In this document: positions 9,668 to 17,826 of the stretch, piece by piece
Layout of the letters: each line of letters begins with the position of its first letter
Position numbering within the stretch: the stretch's first letter is position 1
Source: a virus
Strand: one strand, 5' to 3'
DNA length: 64,000 nt
Virus record (IMG/VR): IMGVR_UViG_3300035698_022475
Coordinates: 49,459 to 113,458 of that record
Made by a program: the position numbers and the translations under genes
Notes under the pieces: generated by a model
Told to the model about the DNA's origin: nothing
What the model saw: the letters and a program-made list of their open reading frames with translations, nothing else
Databases searched by the model: none

Positions 9668-11869
9668 ATGAGATGTTCCAAGTGCTCTAATGTCATTCAC
9701 TATGTGGACATGCCGAACAAGGACGACCTGGTCTGTACCGTGTGTAGAAACCCTATGGTTCCTACTGCACAGGACGTGCTCCAGGATGGCATGTTCAAGA
9801 TCGCTCGGGAAATTCGCCCAACTCAAGTGGAGCTGTCCCAAGATGTAGAGCGCATCTTTCGGAAGAGGGACGGCGCAACTCTCCTGGCCGAGGGCGGTAC
9901 TGGAATAGGCAAAAGCTTCGCGTATCTTATTCCTGCGCTCTTGAGTAGCAACTCTGGGCGCATCGTCATTTCGACGGCCAAGAAAGCGCTACAACACCAG
10001 CTCGCCGGAAGCGCCAGCAAGCCGGGCGATATTCCTTTTCTGCTCGAGAAGATGAATGTACGTCGTAAATTCGCCCTCTACAAAGGGAACGGCAACTACG
10101 CTTGTTGGCATCTCGAAGAAGAAGTGCCCAAGGGTATAGAACGAGAATCGTATAAGAACTTCATTCAAATCAGTCGCGGTACTGGTACTCCCGCTGACCT
10201 TGCCAACTGGCCCGGGGCCAAGCCTTTCTGGTGGTATAAAATCACTGTCGAGAACTGTGTGAGGCGCAATAGCTGCCCCGATGCAAGTAAATGCCGCGTA
10301 AGTCCCAAGGACTTCGACATTCTCGTGGTCAACCACCACATCCTATCCATAGACCTCCTCAGCAGTGAGGGACTTCCCGGAAGATTATTAGGCTCCTACG
10401 ATACCCTGATCATAGACGAAGCTCACAATCTCCCTGACGCATTTCGCTCCATTCACACTCAGAGCATCTCTCCGACCTACGTCGAAAAACAGAAGTCCAA
10501 ATTCAAGAAGGACAATGCCACACACAGCGTACTGGCAGACAGCGGCATCACAACAACAAAGAACGTGCTGAACAAGTTCGACGACCTCGAGAGTGCTGTC
10601 AACACGCTGCTACTTGCGGCCCACAAAGCGGCAGAAGACCAGAATGGTACCATCAGTGATACCGCCCCCCTGTTGGCGTCCTTCGTAGCCGTAAACGCAG
10701 CTCTCGTCTCGATCACGCAGACCATGAATTTCATCTTCGAGTACGCGGAGAAAGTCTACGCCAACAATCAAACATTCTCTGACAGCACTACAACCCCTGG
10801 AAAGCTACACGCCGTAATGGCTCGAGTAAAGAGGCACTCGCGCTCACTGGTGCGGGTACAAGCTCTCCTGAAGGAGATCGAACACGAAGCTACATTTGAG
10901 GACCACGTACCGCGTGGGAAGTTTCTGGTCATCTTCAACGAAGAAGGTTTGCACGCCAAACCGCTGATGGTCGGGGAGCTACTGGCACCTCCTATGCAGT
11001 GGATGCGTCACAAAATAATTACATCAGCGACACTCGCACAGGGAGGCAACTTCGAATACACGAAGTCTTTGTTCGGGGTAGACGAGGCTGTAGAGCGAAT
11101 CTACGACAGTCCTTTCGACGCCAAAACACAGTCAGTACTCTACATGCCTACCGACATCATCACACCCCAACATCAGGGCACCGAACAGCGGGATGAGTGG
11201 ATCGAGGCCATCTCAGAAGAGATTTACCGTATCACCACCGAACTCGATGGAAACGTCTTCGTACTATTCTCCGCGCGGGGAGATATGAATGAAGTAGAAG
11301 CGTATGTGGGCGCCCGTATCCGGGCTGCAGGACTCAACCTTGTGGTACAGGAAGATAACGCCGACCACACCGAATCGGAATACCGCAACAATCCTCGAAG
11401 TGTGCTCTTCGGACTGAAGAGTTTCTGGGAGGGAGTAGACATTCCCGGCGACAAGCTGCGGGGGATCATCATTCCCAAACTGCCTTTTCCTTACGTCGGA
11501 GACCCCATCATGCGGGCTCTCGACAAGAAACTGGGAAGAGAGTTCTTCCCCAAGATCTACATCCCTCTCATGATGATTGACCTCAAGCAGGGAATAGGGC
11601 GCCTCCTGCGGTCCAAAGACGACCGCGGACTTCTGGCTATCCTGGATCCTCGTGCCTGGACAGGCTCGTCCAAGAAGCACAAAAGCATCATGATCAAGAT
11701 CAAGGCAGCCCTTGAGGCCGAGTGGGATGGCAAGTACGGAGGAGAAAAGTTTTACGGTTACGGACGTCTCATCTCGACCGACCTTAACCAGGTGAACGTT
11801 ACAAACGACTTTACAACAGCGATCTCGTTTGTTAAACAACTGTTAACAGGCGTTAAACACGTACCGTAA
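9668..11869 (+). CDS. dinG: DinG/YoaA-family ATP-dependent helicase
   Basis: EGGTGIGKS Walker A, VVNHH, IIDEAH, TSATL, FWEGVDIPG, KLPFP and QGIGRLLR motifs; Fe-S cysteines. Confidence 0.92.
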   Translation: MRCSKCSNVIHYVDMPNKDDLVCTVCRNPMVPTAQDVLQDGMFKIAREIRPTQVELSQDVERIFRKRDGATLLAEGGTGIGKSFAYLIPALLSSNSGRIVISTAKKALQHQLAGSASKPGDIPFLLEKMNVRRKFALYKGNGNYACWHLEEEVPKGIERESYKNFIQISRGTGTPADLANWPGAKPFWWYKITVENCVRRNSCPDASKCRVSPKDFDILVVNHHILSIDLLSSEGLPGRLLGSYDTLIIDEAHNLPDAFRSIHTQSISPTYVEKQKSKFKKDNATHSVLADSGITTTKNVLNKFDDLESAVNTLLLAAHKAAEDQNGTISDTAPLLASFVAVNAALVSITQTMNFIFEYAEKVYANNQTFSDSTTTPGKLHAVMARVKRHSRSLVRVQALLKEIEHEATFEDHVPRGKFLVIFNEEGLHAKPLMVGELLAPPMQWMRHKIITSATLAQGGNFEYTKSLFGVDEAVERIYDSPFDAKTQSVLYMPTDIITPQHQGTEQRDEWIEAISEEIYRITTELDGNVFVLFSARGDMNEVEAYVGARIRAAGLNLVVQEDNADHTESEYRNNPRSVLFGLKSFWEGVDIPGDKLRGIIIPKLPFPYVGDPIMRALDKKLGREFFPKIYIPLMMIDLKQGIGRLLRSKDDRGLLAILDPRAWTGSSKKHKSIMIKIKAALEAEWDGKYGGEKFYGYGRLISTDLNQVNVTNDFTTAISFVKQLLTGVKHVP

Positions 11870-11880
11870 AGGAGAAATAA

Positions 11881-12036
11881 ATGCCACGTCGCTCCGGAAG
11901 TAAAGTTGTTCCGTGTCCTACCAAGAAGTGTTCGGGAAAAATCGTTGCGGTCCCCTCCGAGAGCGGGACGTGTAGCCAGTGCGGAGCCAAGCTCCGAGTC
12001 ACTAAGAAACTCCTTCGTGAACTCGGAAAACTGTAG
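11881..12036 (+). CDS. Small Zn-ribbon protein (51 aa)
   Basis: AAGGAG RBS; MPRRSGSKVVPCPTKKC...CSQCGAKL; below the ORF-track cutoff. Confidence 0.7.
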   Translation: MPRRSGSKVVPCPTKKCSGKIVAVPSESGTCSQCGAKLRVTKKLLRELGKL

Positions 12037-12058
12037 CCGCGATTTCCGCGCCTCCGGA

Positions 12059-12092
12059 AAGGGCAGTCTGTAATCGGCTGCCCTTTCTTTTT
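12059..12092 (+). terminator. Intrinsic terminator
   Basis: AAGGGCAGTC-TGTAATC-GGCTGCCCTT stem followed by TCTTTTT. Confidence 0.7.
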
Positions 12093-12129
12093 GTTGACAA
12101 CCCTGTTTAAGTAGCGAAAACATGGATAC

Positions 12130-12558
12130 ATGGCAATCTTCATCGGAATAGCGGTTAAGGAATACGATGAAAAATTCGTCGCAGCGGCTACTGCCTGGTT
12201 TGCCAACACTCCCGTCTTCAATATTACGGGAATGACGCTGGACTACATGCGCGAGAAACTCCTCTCTGTCGTCATTATTGAAAACTCCAACAAACTAAAA
12301 GCAATCAGCGCAGCTACCAATAGAACCCTCGAGAAACTTTTCGTCCGCCGTATTATTCCGTTGCCGCGTACTGACGGGAGTGACGTTATCCTCTTCGTTC
12401 CTCCAAGCCTAAAAAAACAAGAGTTCCCTACCGTATCCCGCGTCGAAACCAAACACTGGCTGGTACGAGGTGCTCGTCGCGCCCTTGCGGAATGGATAGG
12501 AGCAGAGAATGCCCGAAAACAAAAACGTCGCAAGAGAACACCTAAGCGCCCACATTGA
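12130..12558 (+). CDS. Hypothetical protein
   Basis: 142-aa ORF in the plus-strand operon. Confidence 0.6.
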   Translation: MAIFIGIAVKEYDEKFVAAATAWFANTPVFNITGMTLDYMREKLLSVVIIENSNKLKAISAATNRTLEKLFVRRIIPLPRTDGSDVILFVPPSLKKQEFPTVSRVETKHWLVRGARRALAEWIGAENARKQKRRKRTPKRPH

Positions 12559-12748
12559 CTCAACCGTCTGTGGAAAATGCCGCCAACCCTTCTCGAAAGG
12601 GGACCGCGTCACTATCGCACATATCGTAGCGGACATCGGGATCGACGCCGCCACGTTCCGTAAAGGAACCACTATGGCTGGAGAATATGAGGTCGTTCAC
12701 GTTAATTGCCGCGATACACTACTCGTGAAGGGACTGCGCGATGCCTAA
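12509..12748 (+). CDS. Small Zn-binding hypothetical protein
   Basis: CGKC...HVNC; overlaps both neighbours. Confidence 0.6.
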   Translation: MPENKNVAREHLSAHIDSTVCGKCRQPFSKGDRVTIAHIVADIGIDAATFRKGTTMAGEYEVVHVNCRDTLLVKGLRDA

Positions 12749-13193
12749 AGGGATTGTAAACCCTTTCTATGACCCTCCTAAACACGTAGACCCTCATGCG
12801 ATTCCCGTCCAACACGAGGGTGCAACCCAGCGTGAGGCACCTCTCCCTTCTGAGGAGAGTCATACTCACGTAGATCTGGACGGTGACTCGTACGTCGTAC
12901 GATTTCACCGAGTAAGTGACGTTCGTGCCATCGTGCGAAAAATTCTCGATCTAATCTACGGTGTAAAAAAGGAGCACGAATCCGAGCTAGAAACTTATGG
13001 AATTTACTATGAAGAACGCCCTCAGACATGGACACTACAGGACTCCGACGGCCGAGCTTTTTTTGTCGCCGTACCTGAAGAAGCAAGCGAAGTAGACGTT
13101 TACAGACGTTTAGGATATGCTCTCCTCAGGTTAAAAACCAAAATAGAACCTACGCTCAAAAAGATGAGCATTACCGTAATGGAAAGGGGTTAG
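12741..13193 (+). CDS. Hypothetical protein
   Basis: 150 aa, coupled to the upstream gene. Confidence 0.65.
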   Translation: MPKGIVNPFYDPPKHVDPHAIPVQHEGATQREAPLPSEESHTHVDLDGDSYVVRFHRVSDVRAIVRKILDLIYGVKKEHESELETYGIYYEERPQTWTLQDSDGRAFFVAVPEEASEVDVYRRLGYALLRLKTKIEPTLKKMSITVMERG

Positions 13194-13196
13194 AAA

Positions 13197-13460
13197 ATGA
13201 ATCGCACTCCTTGTGGTCAGTGTGAAAAATATTGGGCAATACAAAAAGGATTGCGCGGGGGTGAGACCACTCCCCTCACACGCGGGCACTGCCTCGCACG
13301 CTCGCGCTACCCTAAAAACAAACCCGGTAGCCCTGTATTTCCCCCGGGAGCCAAGATTGTCGATCTTCCCAACAACGTCGCAGACCTCGTCGTAGTTCAT
13401 GAAAAACAGGTAGTCACGACCTGCCAAGACGTCGCACCCAAAGGAGGGAAGAAGAAATGA
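13197..13460 (+). CDS. Small Cys-containing hypothetical protein
   Basis: CGQCEKY...GHC...TCQ. Confidence 0.6.
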   Translation: MNRTPCGQCEKYWAIQKGLRGGETTPLTRGHCLARSRYPKNKPGSPVFPPGAKIVDLPNNVADLVVVHEKQVVTTCQDVAPKGGKKK

Positions 13461-13798
13461 TAACCAAGGAAGTTCGCGTCCCTGACGGTAAGGGAGGATG
13501 GAAAACAACGCAGGCAACTCCAGTAGCAGGACAAACTCAGGATTCTGAGAAGGTTGATAATGCGATGCAGAAGGCCCAGGAGGATGACTTCTATATCCGA
13601 GTAGGCTCCTTCACGGAACACCTGAACCAGCTCATCAAGATCTACGGGCAAGAGTATAACCTGACCGCCGCTGAAGTCGCTGCTAGTGTCTTCCTTGAGA
13701 ATTGCAACATCCGTGAGACTTACCCCGAAGGCCACTCCGAGCACGACAAAGTTTGCGAGGCCGTGGCTGCCTGGTTCGAGCGCAACAAAAACTCCTAG
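13457..13798 (+). CDS. Hypothetical protein
   Basis: 113 aa, ATGA overlap with the upstream gene. Confidence 0.65.
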   Translation: MITKEVRVPDGKGGWKTTQATPVAGQTQDSEKVDNAMQKAQEDDFYIRVGSFTEHLNQLIKIYGQEYNLTAAEVAASVFLENCNIRETYPEGHSEHDKVCEAVAAWFERNKNS

Positions 13799-13942
13799 CT
13801 GCGTGGTAAAAGAAGATCCGAAGTCCTACATGTAGGAGCTTCACTCCCATTCCCCGCAGTAGCTACATCCGGTATAATTTAGCATTCCCCTACAGGTTGA
13901 GTCGTACCCTAGACCCGCGTCTCGACAAGGAGGTTAGAAGTA

Positions 13943-14761
13943 ATGGCTGGTGAGGAAGTAAGTATCTGGAAGACCCTGACGGCACTATTATTGTTGTTCG
14001 TCGTAACGTCTACTAACGGCCTAGTATATGGAAACGAGGTTGCCCCGCCCAATACGGATGGACCACACTCAGTAGGAGTCACGGTAGATCCTCCCATCTA
14101 CCCTCTCAACCCCTACGAATGGGAAGAATTAGCGCGGTACATCTACCGCTACAAGACCAAACGCGATGGGGGAATCTGGAACATCTGTGGCCACTCTCTA
14201 TCTAAGGAGGAGATGAAAGAAGCGGCCCTTCAATACTCTAAAGAACTTCTCATAGCCCATCACACAACCACATACCCCATTAGACGGGGAGGTGTCAGGT
14301 ACGAGGTGAAGGTGCCCTTGAAGGGTGTCCTCGGTACAATGATGTCGGAGTCTCGACTCGACTATTGTGCCTTGGGGCCGAATCCCCGTAAGTGGGCCTA
14401 CAAACACGGACTGCTAGAGAAGAATCCCGAAGGGCAGCGCGGAACCCCGAGCTACTCAAAAGAAAACATCCTGGCAGTTCTGAATCACCCTAAATGGAGA
14501 AAACGCCTCGCAGACCTGGGATTAGGTCAAATGGTGTGGGGCAGAAACAAGAAGGCGATCTACAAAGGAGATCCTGAAGACCTTCTCTCCCTTCGTCCCG
14601 GCGTCAAAAAAGTATTTGAAGAAATGGCTGATCGCGGACGACGAAAGAATTCTCGACGTCCCTGGGAGTACTGGCCCGGTGAGCGGCGCCATATCTGGTA
14701 CGATGTTCGAATAACACGGTTTGAAAGGGCGATCTTTTTTCCGCCTTTGAAAAATTTCTAA
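13943..14761 (+). CDS. Secreted lytic-transglycosylase (SLT)-like protein, putative lysin
   Basis: N-terminal hydrophobic signal/anchor; catalytic-type MMSES and DLGLGQM (GLMQ-like) motifs; AAGGAGG RBS; CGGTATAAT at 13870-13878. Confidence 0.6.
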   Translation: MAGEEVSIWKTLTALLLLFVVTSTNGLVYGNEVAPPNTDGPHSVGVTVDPPIYPLNPYEWEELARYIYRYKTKRDGGIWNICGHSLSKEEMKEAALQYSKELLIAHHTTTYPIRRGGVRYEVKVPLKGVLGTMMSESRLDYCALGPNPRKWAYKHGLLEKNPEGQRGTPSYSKENILAVLNHPKWRKRLADLGLGQMVWGRNKKAIYKGDPEDLLSLRPGVKKVFEEMADRGRRKNSRRPWEYWPGERRHIWYDVRITRFERAIFFPPLKNF

Positions 14762-14765
14762 CAAC

Positions 14766-14890
14766 TCACTAGGACCATAAAGATGGAGCCGTAGTTACTA
14801 CGGTATTAGCGCATCTCACTTCGTGAGATCCGAGGACCGACCCGATCTGATATCTCATCATAATCACACTCCGTAACCCTCAGCTAGTGA
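14766..14890 (+). ncRNA. Structured RNA unit 1 of 4 (retron msr-msd-like)
   Basis: Closing IR TCACTAG/CTAGTGA; GA after the 5' arm; hairpins CCAT-AAAG-ATGG, CCGTAG-TTA-CTACGG and ATCTCAC-TTC-GTGAGAT; CCCTCAG before the 3' arm. Confidence 0.65.
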
Positions 14891-14910
14891 ATGTTGGGGA
14901 GCACCCGCTC

Positions 14911-15050
14911 TCCACTGGGAGCCTTCTTTTCAGGCGCCGTAGTTACTACGGTATACGCTCGCCTGTCTTCGACAGGACCGCGGGGCCTAGGAGTCCTCGA
15001 GCACGCCCGGAGCTGCTCCAGGACTGCAGTCCCATCCCTTAGCCAGTGGA
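14911..15050 (+). ncRNA. Structured RNA unit 2 of 4
   Basis: Closing IR TCCACTGG/CCAGTGGA; GA; GCCT...AGGC; CCGTAG-TTA-CTACGG; CCTGTC-TTC-GACAGG; long AGTCCT...AGGACT hairpin; CCCTTAG before the 3' arm. Confidence 0.68.
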
Positions 15051-15065
15051 CGAGAAAATGCAACA

Positions 15066-15204
15066 GTGTTGGGAAACAAACTAAGTGCGTCCGAAGTTAC
15101 TTCGGAATACCCTCACGTGTCTTCGACACGAGGCAATCGCCGCGGTTCTCGTGGTAATTGCCGGCGCCCGGCCAGGCAGGCCAGGCACCACCCCAAGCCA
15201 ACAC
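15066..15204 (+). ncRNA. Structured RNA unit 3 of 4
   Basis: Closing IR GTGTTGG/CCAACAC; GA; TCCGAAG-TTA-CTTCGGA; CGTGTC-TTC-GACACG; two further hairpins; CCCCAAG before the 3' arm. Confidence 0.68.
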
Positions 15205-15352
15205 AATAAAACTTAATGAGAAACCCGCATGGGTTACCCGAAGCTACTTCGGGGTTCAGCCCTCCGGGGCGCGTTCGAATGGACGTGCGCCCCGAGCTGG
15301 CGGAGGGCCCTCGAGCTGCAAGATGAGCCTCCCTCAGTCATTAAGTTTTATT
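15205..15352 (+). ncRNA. Structured RNA unit 4 of 4
   Basis: 15-bp closing IR AATAAAACTTAATGA/TCATTAAGTTTTATT; GA; AACCC-GCAT-GGGTT; CCCGAAG-CTA-CTTCGGG; GCCCTCCG...CGGAGGGC; CCCTCAG before the 3' arm. Confidence 0.68.
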
Positions 15353-15404
15353 TTGTCTTCAGCGTTAAACTCTGTTAACGTCTATAAAACTCTAAGAGGA
15401 GCAA

Positions 15405-15791
15405 ATGAGCCATACGTTCCAAGAAGGAAAAGAACAACTTGTTGGTCACCTGGAGACAGATACAGGGACCATCCTCCTCACTGACGGCATTTGGAATTCA
15501 GACATCCCGAGTGCCGACCAAAAGAGGGTCTTCCTCAACCTCGGAACCCAGCAGGTACGTATTCCAGTTTACGGCGTAATTCGAAATCGACGGCGCTACC
15601 TTATATTAGACATTGATGCTGCGGTTCCTAATGACCGGGATAAACAACAAGGCCTTGTCGCTGTAGAGGATGTTGTCATCCCCGATGAGGAACCTGGTCC
15701 CTCTTTCGAAAACCAAGAGATTCCATTCTCCATGGTCGATTTCCCTCAGTCCCCCGACGATAAGGACGAAGACGAGGAGCCAGCAGGATGA
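15405..15791 (+). CDS. Hypothetical protein with acidic tail
   Basis: GAGGAG RBS, 128 aa. Confidence 0.7.
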   Translation: MSHTFQEGKEQLVGHLETDTGTILLTDGIWNSDIPSADQKRVFLNLGTQQVRIPVYGVIRNRRRYLILDIDAAVPNDRDKQQGLVAVEDVVIPDEEPGPSFENQEIPFSMVDFPQSPDDKDEDEEPAG

Positions 15792-16381
15792 TTGTAGGAA
15801 TCTGTGGTCCTATCAATTCCGGCAAAGACACTGTTGCAGACATCCTCTGTAATGAGTTCAACTTCTTGCGTGTAGCATTTGCTGATTCACTAAAAGACTT
15901 TTGTTTGAGAATGTTCCCTGACATCTTGGATGAGGAAACTCTGTGGGGGCCGAGCGAAAAACGTACCCCTAAGTGTCGGCACCTACTCCAACAACTTGGA
16001 ACCGACGTAGCACGACAATTCGACCCTGACGTCTGGGTAAAACACACTATGAATCGAATAGGCCTATTACAGCATCAAGGACTTGACGCTTTAGGCAGGC
16101 ACTTACCCACGAAACCAAATAGGTCCATCGTGGTTTCTGACGTACGATTCCTTAATGAGGCTGAAGGAATACGGGCGCAAGGAGGGTTTCTTCTCTCTAT
16201 CACACGCCCTGACAACTACGACTTAGTGAACACCGAACAAGCCGCGCGCACCCACAAATCCGAGACATCCATTTTTGAAATTCCTCCAGAACTCTTTACC
16301 GACCACATCGTAAACAATAAAACACTTGAAGACTTACGGATTCAAACCCAAGAAGTCCTGCTGGGGTTACTAAAGCCATGA
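15788..16381 (+). CDS. Deoxynucleoside monophosphate kinase
   Basis: IVGICGPINSGKDT P-loop, AFADSLK, LLQQLGTD, VVSDVRFLNE and HKSE motifs. Confidence 0.9.
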   Translation: MIVGICGPINSGKDTVADILCNEFNFLRVAFADSLKDFCLRMFPDILDEETLWGPSEKRTPKCRHLLQQLGTDVARQFDPDVWVKHTMNRIGLLQHQGLDALGRHLPTKPNRSIVVSDVRFLNEAEGIRAQGGFLLSITRPDNYDLVNTEQAARTHKSETSIFEIPPELFTDHIVNNKTLEDLRIQTQEVLLGLLKP

Positions 16382-16800
16382 CAGACTACGAACTACCTGA
16401 AGACCCTGACAATGGTCAGATTTACGAACTCCCAGAGGGGAATACCGACAACTACTCTGGAATCATTGCTCTCTACTACGAGGGCGCCTGTATTGGGTAC
16501 ACCGAGAAAATAGAAACCGTTCCGAACATTAGTGGGATGACCGAACTGGGTCGTACAGTGCTTTCTACACGCCTGTTGAAAGACGCGTATATTACGGCCC
16601 AGTTCGAGGTCATCCCCATTCGTTCCTTGATCTTTGTCAATTTTTTTGGTTGGCAAGCATGTAAATATGCTGAAGAAGTACGTATTGACTGGCGTAAGAA
16701 TTTCAAGGTACTACACGCAGTAGAAATCCCCAACCGACCAGGTACGCAGATAATCTGTGAAAAGATTTGCGTTAAAAAAACCAAGGAGATCCTACAATGA
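16378..16800 (+). CDS. Hypothetical protein
   Basis: 140 aa, coupled; short internal repeat YELPE x2. Confidence 0.6.
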   Translation: MTDYELPEDPDNGQIYELPEGNTDNYSGIIALYYEGACIGYTEKIETVPNISGMTELGRTVLSTRLLKDAYITAQFEVIPIRSLIFVNFFGWQACKYAEEVRIDWRKNFKVLHAVEIPNRPGTQIICEKICVKKTKEILQ

Positions 16801-17615
16801 CTCAGGGCAGACTACCCCCCGGCATGATGCGACAAGGCACCCCCATTCTCGGCGGACCACCGCCCCAGCAGCAACAGGCTCCTCCCACGAAGCCGTCCTT
16901 CGCCGAGGCCAACCCCATTCCTCACGGACCCAAAGGGATGCAGACTCTTCGTGCGGTTTCCGATTGTGAAATTGTCAAGGAAGCTGAGGCTTTCAAGAAC
17001 GTTATTCCCAAGCTCCAGTACCTCAATGCGGATATCGAGGATCTTCTGGAACTCTACGGCCAGGGAGTTTCAACTATCGTCGGCGCAGACCACTACTGCA
17101 ATCGCCACACCAGTACCCGTACCGCCGTCACGTTTTCCGAAGACCCCACACTCGACCAGATCCACAAGGACTTGCAGAGCACCGTACAAGAACTGCAGGA
17201 ACTGATGCAAAAAATGGGGGAACTGCGACAGAAGGCCGGAGTACTCAACGAGAAGAGATGGGAACACTCGGTCAAAGTCATGGGGCTCAATCCCGAGGAA
17301 CGCTTCTACCGCATAGACGAAGAGAAGGGTATCATTGAGCAAGTGGATCTCAAGTGCCGCGAGTGCAAGGGTGCTACCCGAGCCCGGAAGCTGCGCCAAG
17401 AGCTGACGGACAAACTCATGCGCTTAGAATACGTCAAAGAGGAGGAACCCAAAGATGACGGACCAGGAACAAGAAGTGATGAGCCAGAGCCACAGAGCGA
17501 AGGTTCTGGAGAAGACGGAGAAGCCAGCGTTCAAGAGCAAGAAGTTTCTGGCATGGCTGCTCCAGCAGATCATGATGACGGCGATGGCGATAACGGCTCT
17601 GGTGAAACAGCCTGA
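16797..17615 (+). CDS. Coiled-coil hypothetical protein
   Basis: 272 aa with P/Q-rich N-terminus, coiled coil, CREC and acidic tail. Confidence 0.65.
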   Translation: MTQGRLPPGMMRQGTPILGGPPPQQQQAPPTKPSFAEANPIPHGPKGMQTLRAVSDCEIVKEAEAFKNVIPKLQYLNADIEDLLELYGQGVSTIVGADHYCNRHTSTRTAVTFSEDPTLDQIHKDLQSTVQELQELMQKMGELRQKAGVLNEKRWEHSVKVMGLNPEERFYRIDEEKGIIEQVDLKCRECKGATRARKLRQELTDKLMRLEYVKEEEPKDDGPGTRSDEPEPQSEGSGEDGEASVQEQEVSGMAAPADHDDGDGDNGSGETA

Positions 17616-17826
17616 GCTGGGATGGCCTCTTGCCGCGTTCATGTGCGGCATCGTCTTCATGATGGGTATCAGTACCATGTGGTACCTGGGCAAGCAGGCC
17701 GCCGCCGACATCGCGGTCAGAGGCTACGCGATGGTGGGGAAGGTCGCGGGACTCGCAGGTACCGCAGTAGAGGCCCTCAAACCAAAAGAAGACGAGGGGG
17801 ATATAGGCCCCCCGCCTTCTGAGTAG
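17455..17826 (+). CDS. Holin-like two-TM membrane protein
   Basis: GAGGAGG RBS; FKSKKF motif before two hydrophobic helices, then YLGKQAAAD, a pattern typical of KSRKF-type phage holins. Confidence 0.55.
   Translation: MTDQEQEVMSQSHRAKVLEKTEKPAFKSKKFLAWLLQQIMMTAMAITALVKQPELGWPLAAFMCGIVFMMGISTMWYLGKQAAADIAVRGYAMVGKVAGLAGTAVEALKPKEDEGDIGPPPSE

Noticed and set aside
14766-15352. tRNAs, hammerhead ribozymes, or protein-coding ORFs (14891-15157, 15158-15484)
   Set aside because: No cloverleaf, anticodon arm or CCA end; no CUGANGA...GAAA core on either strand; the ORFs lack an RBS and simply cross the hairpins.
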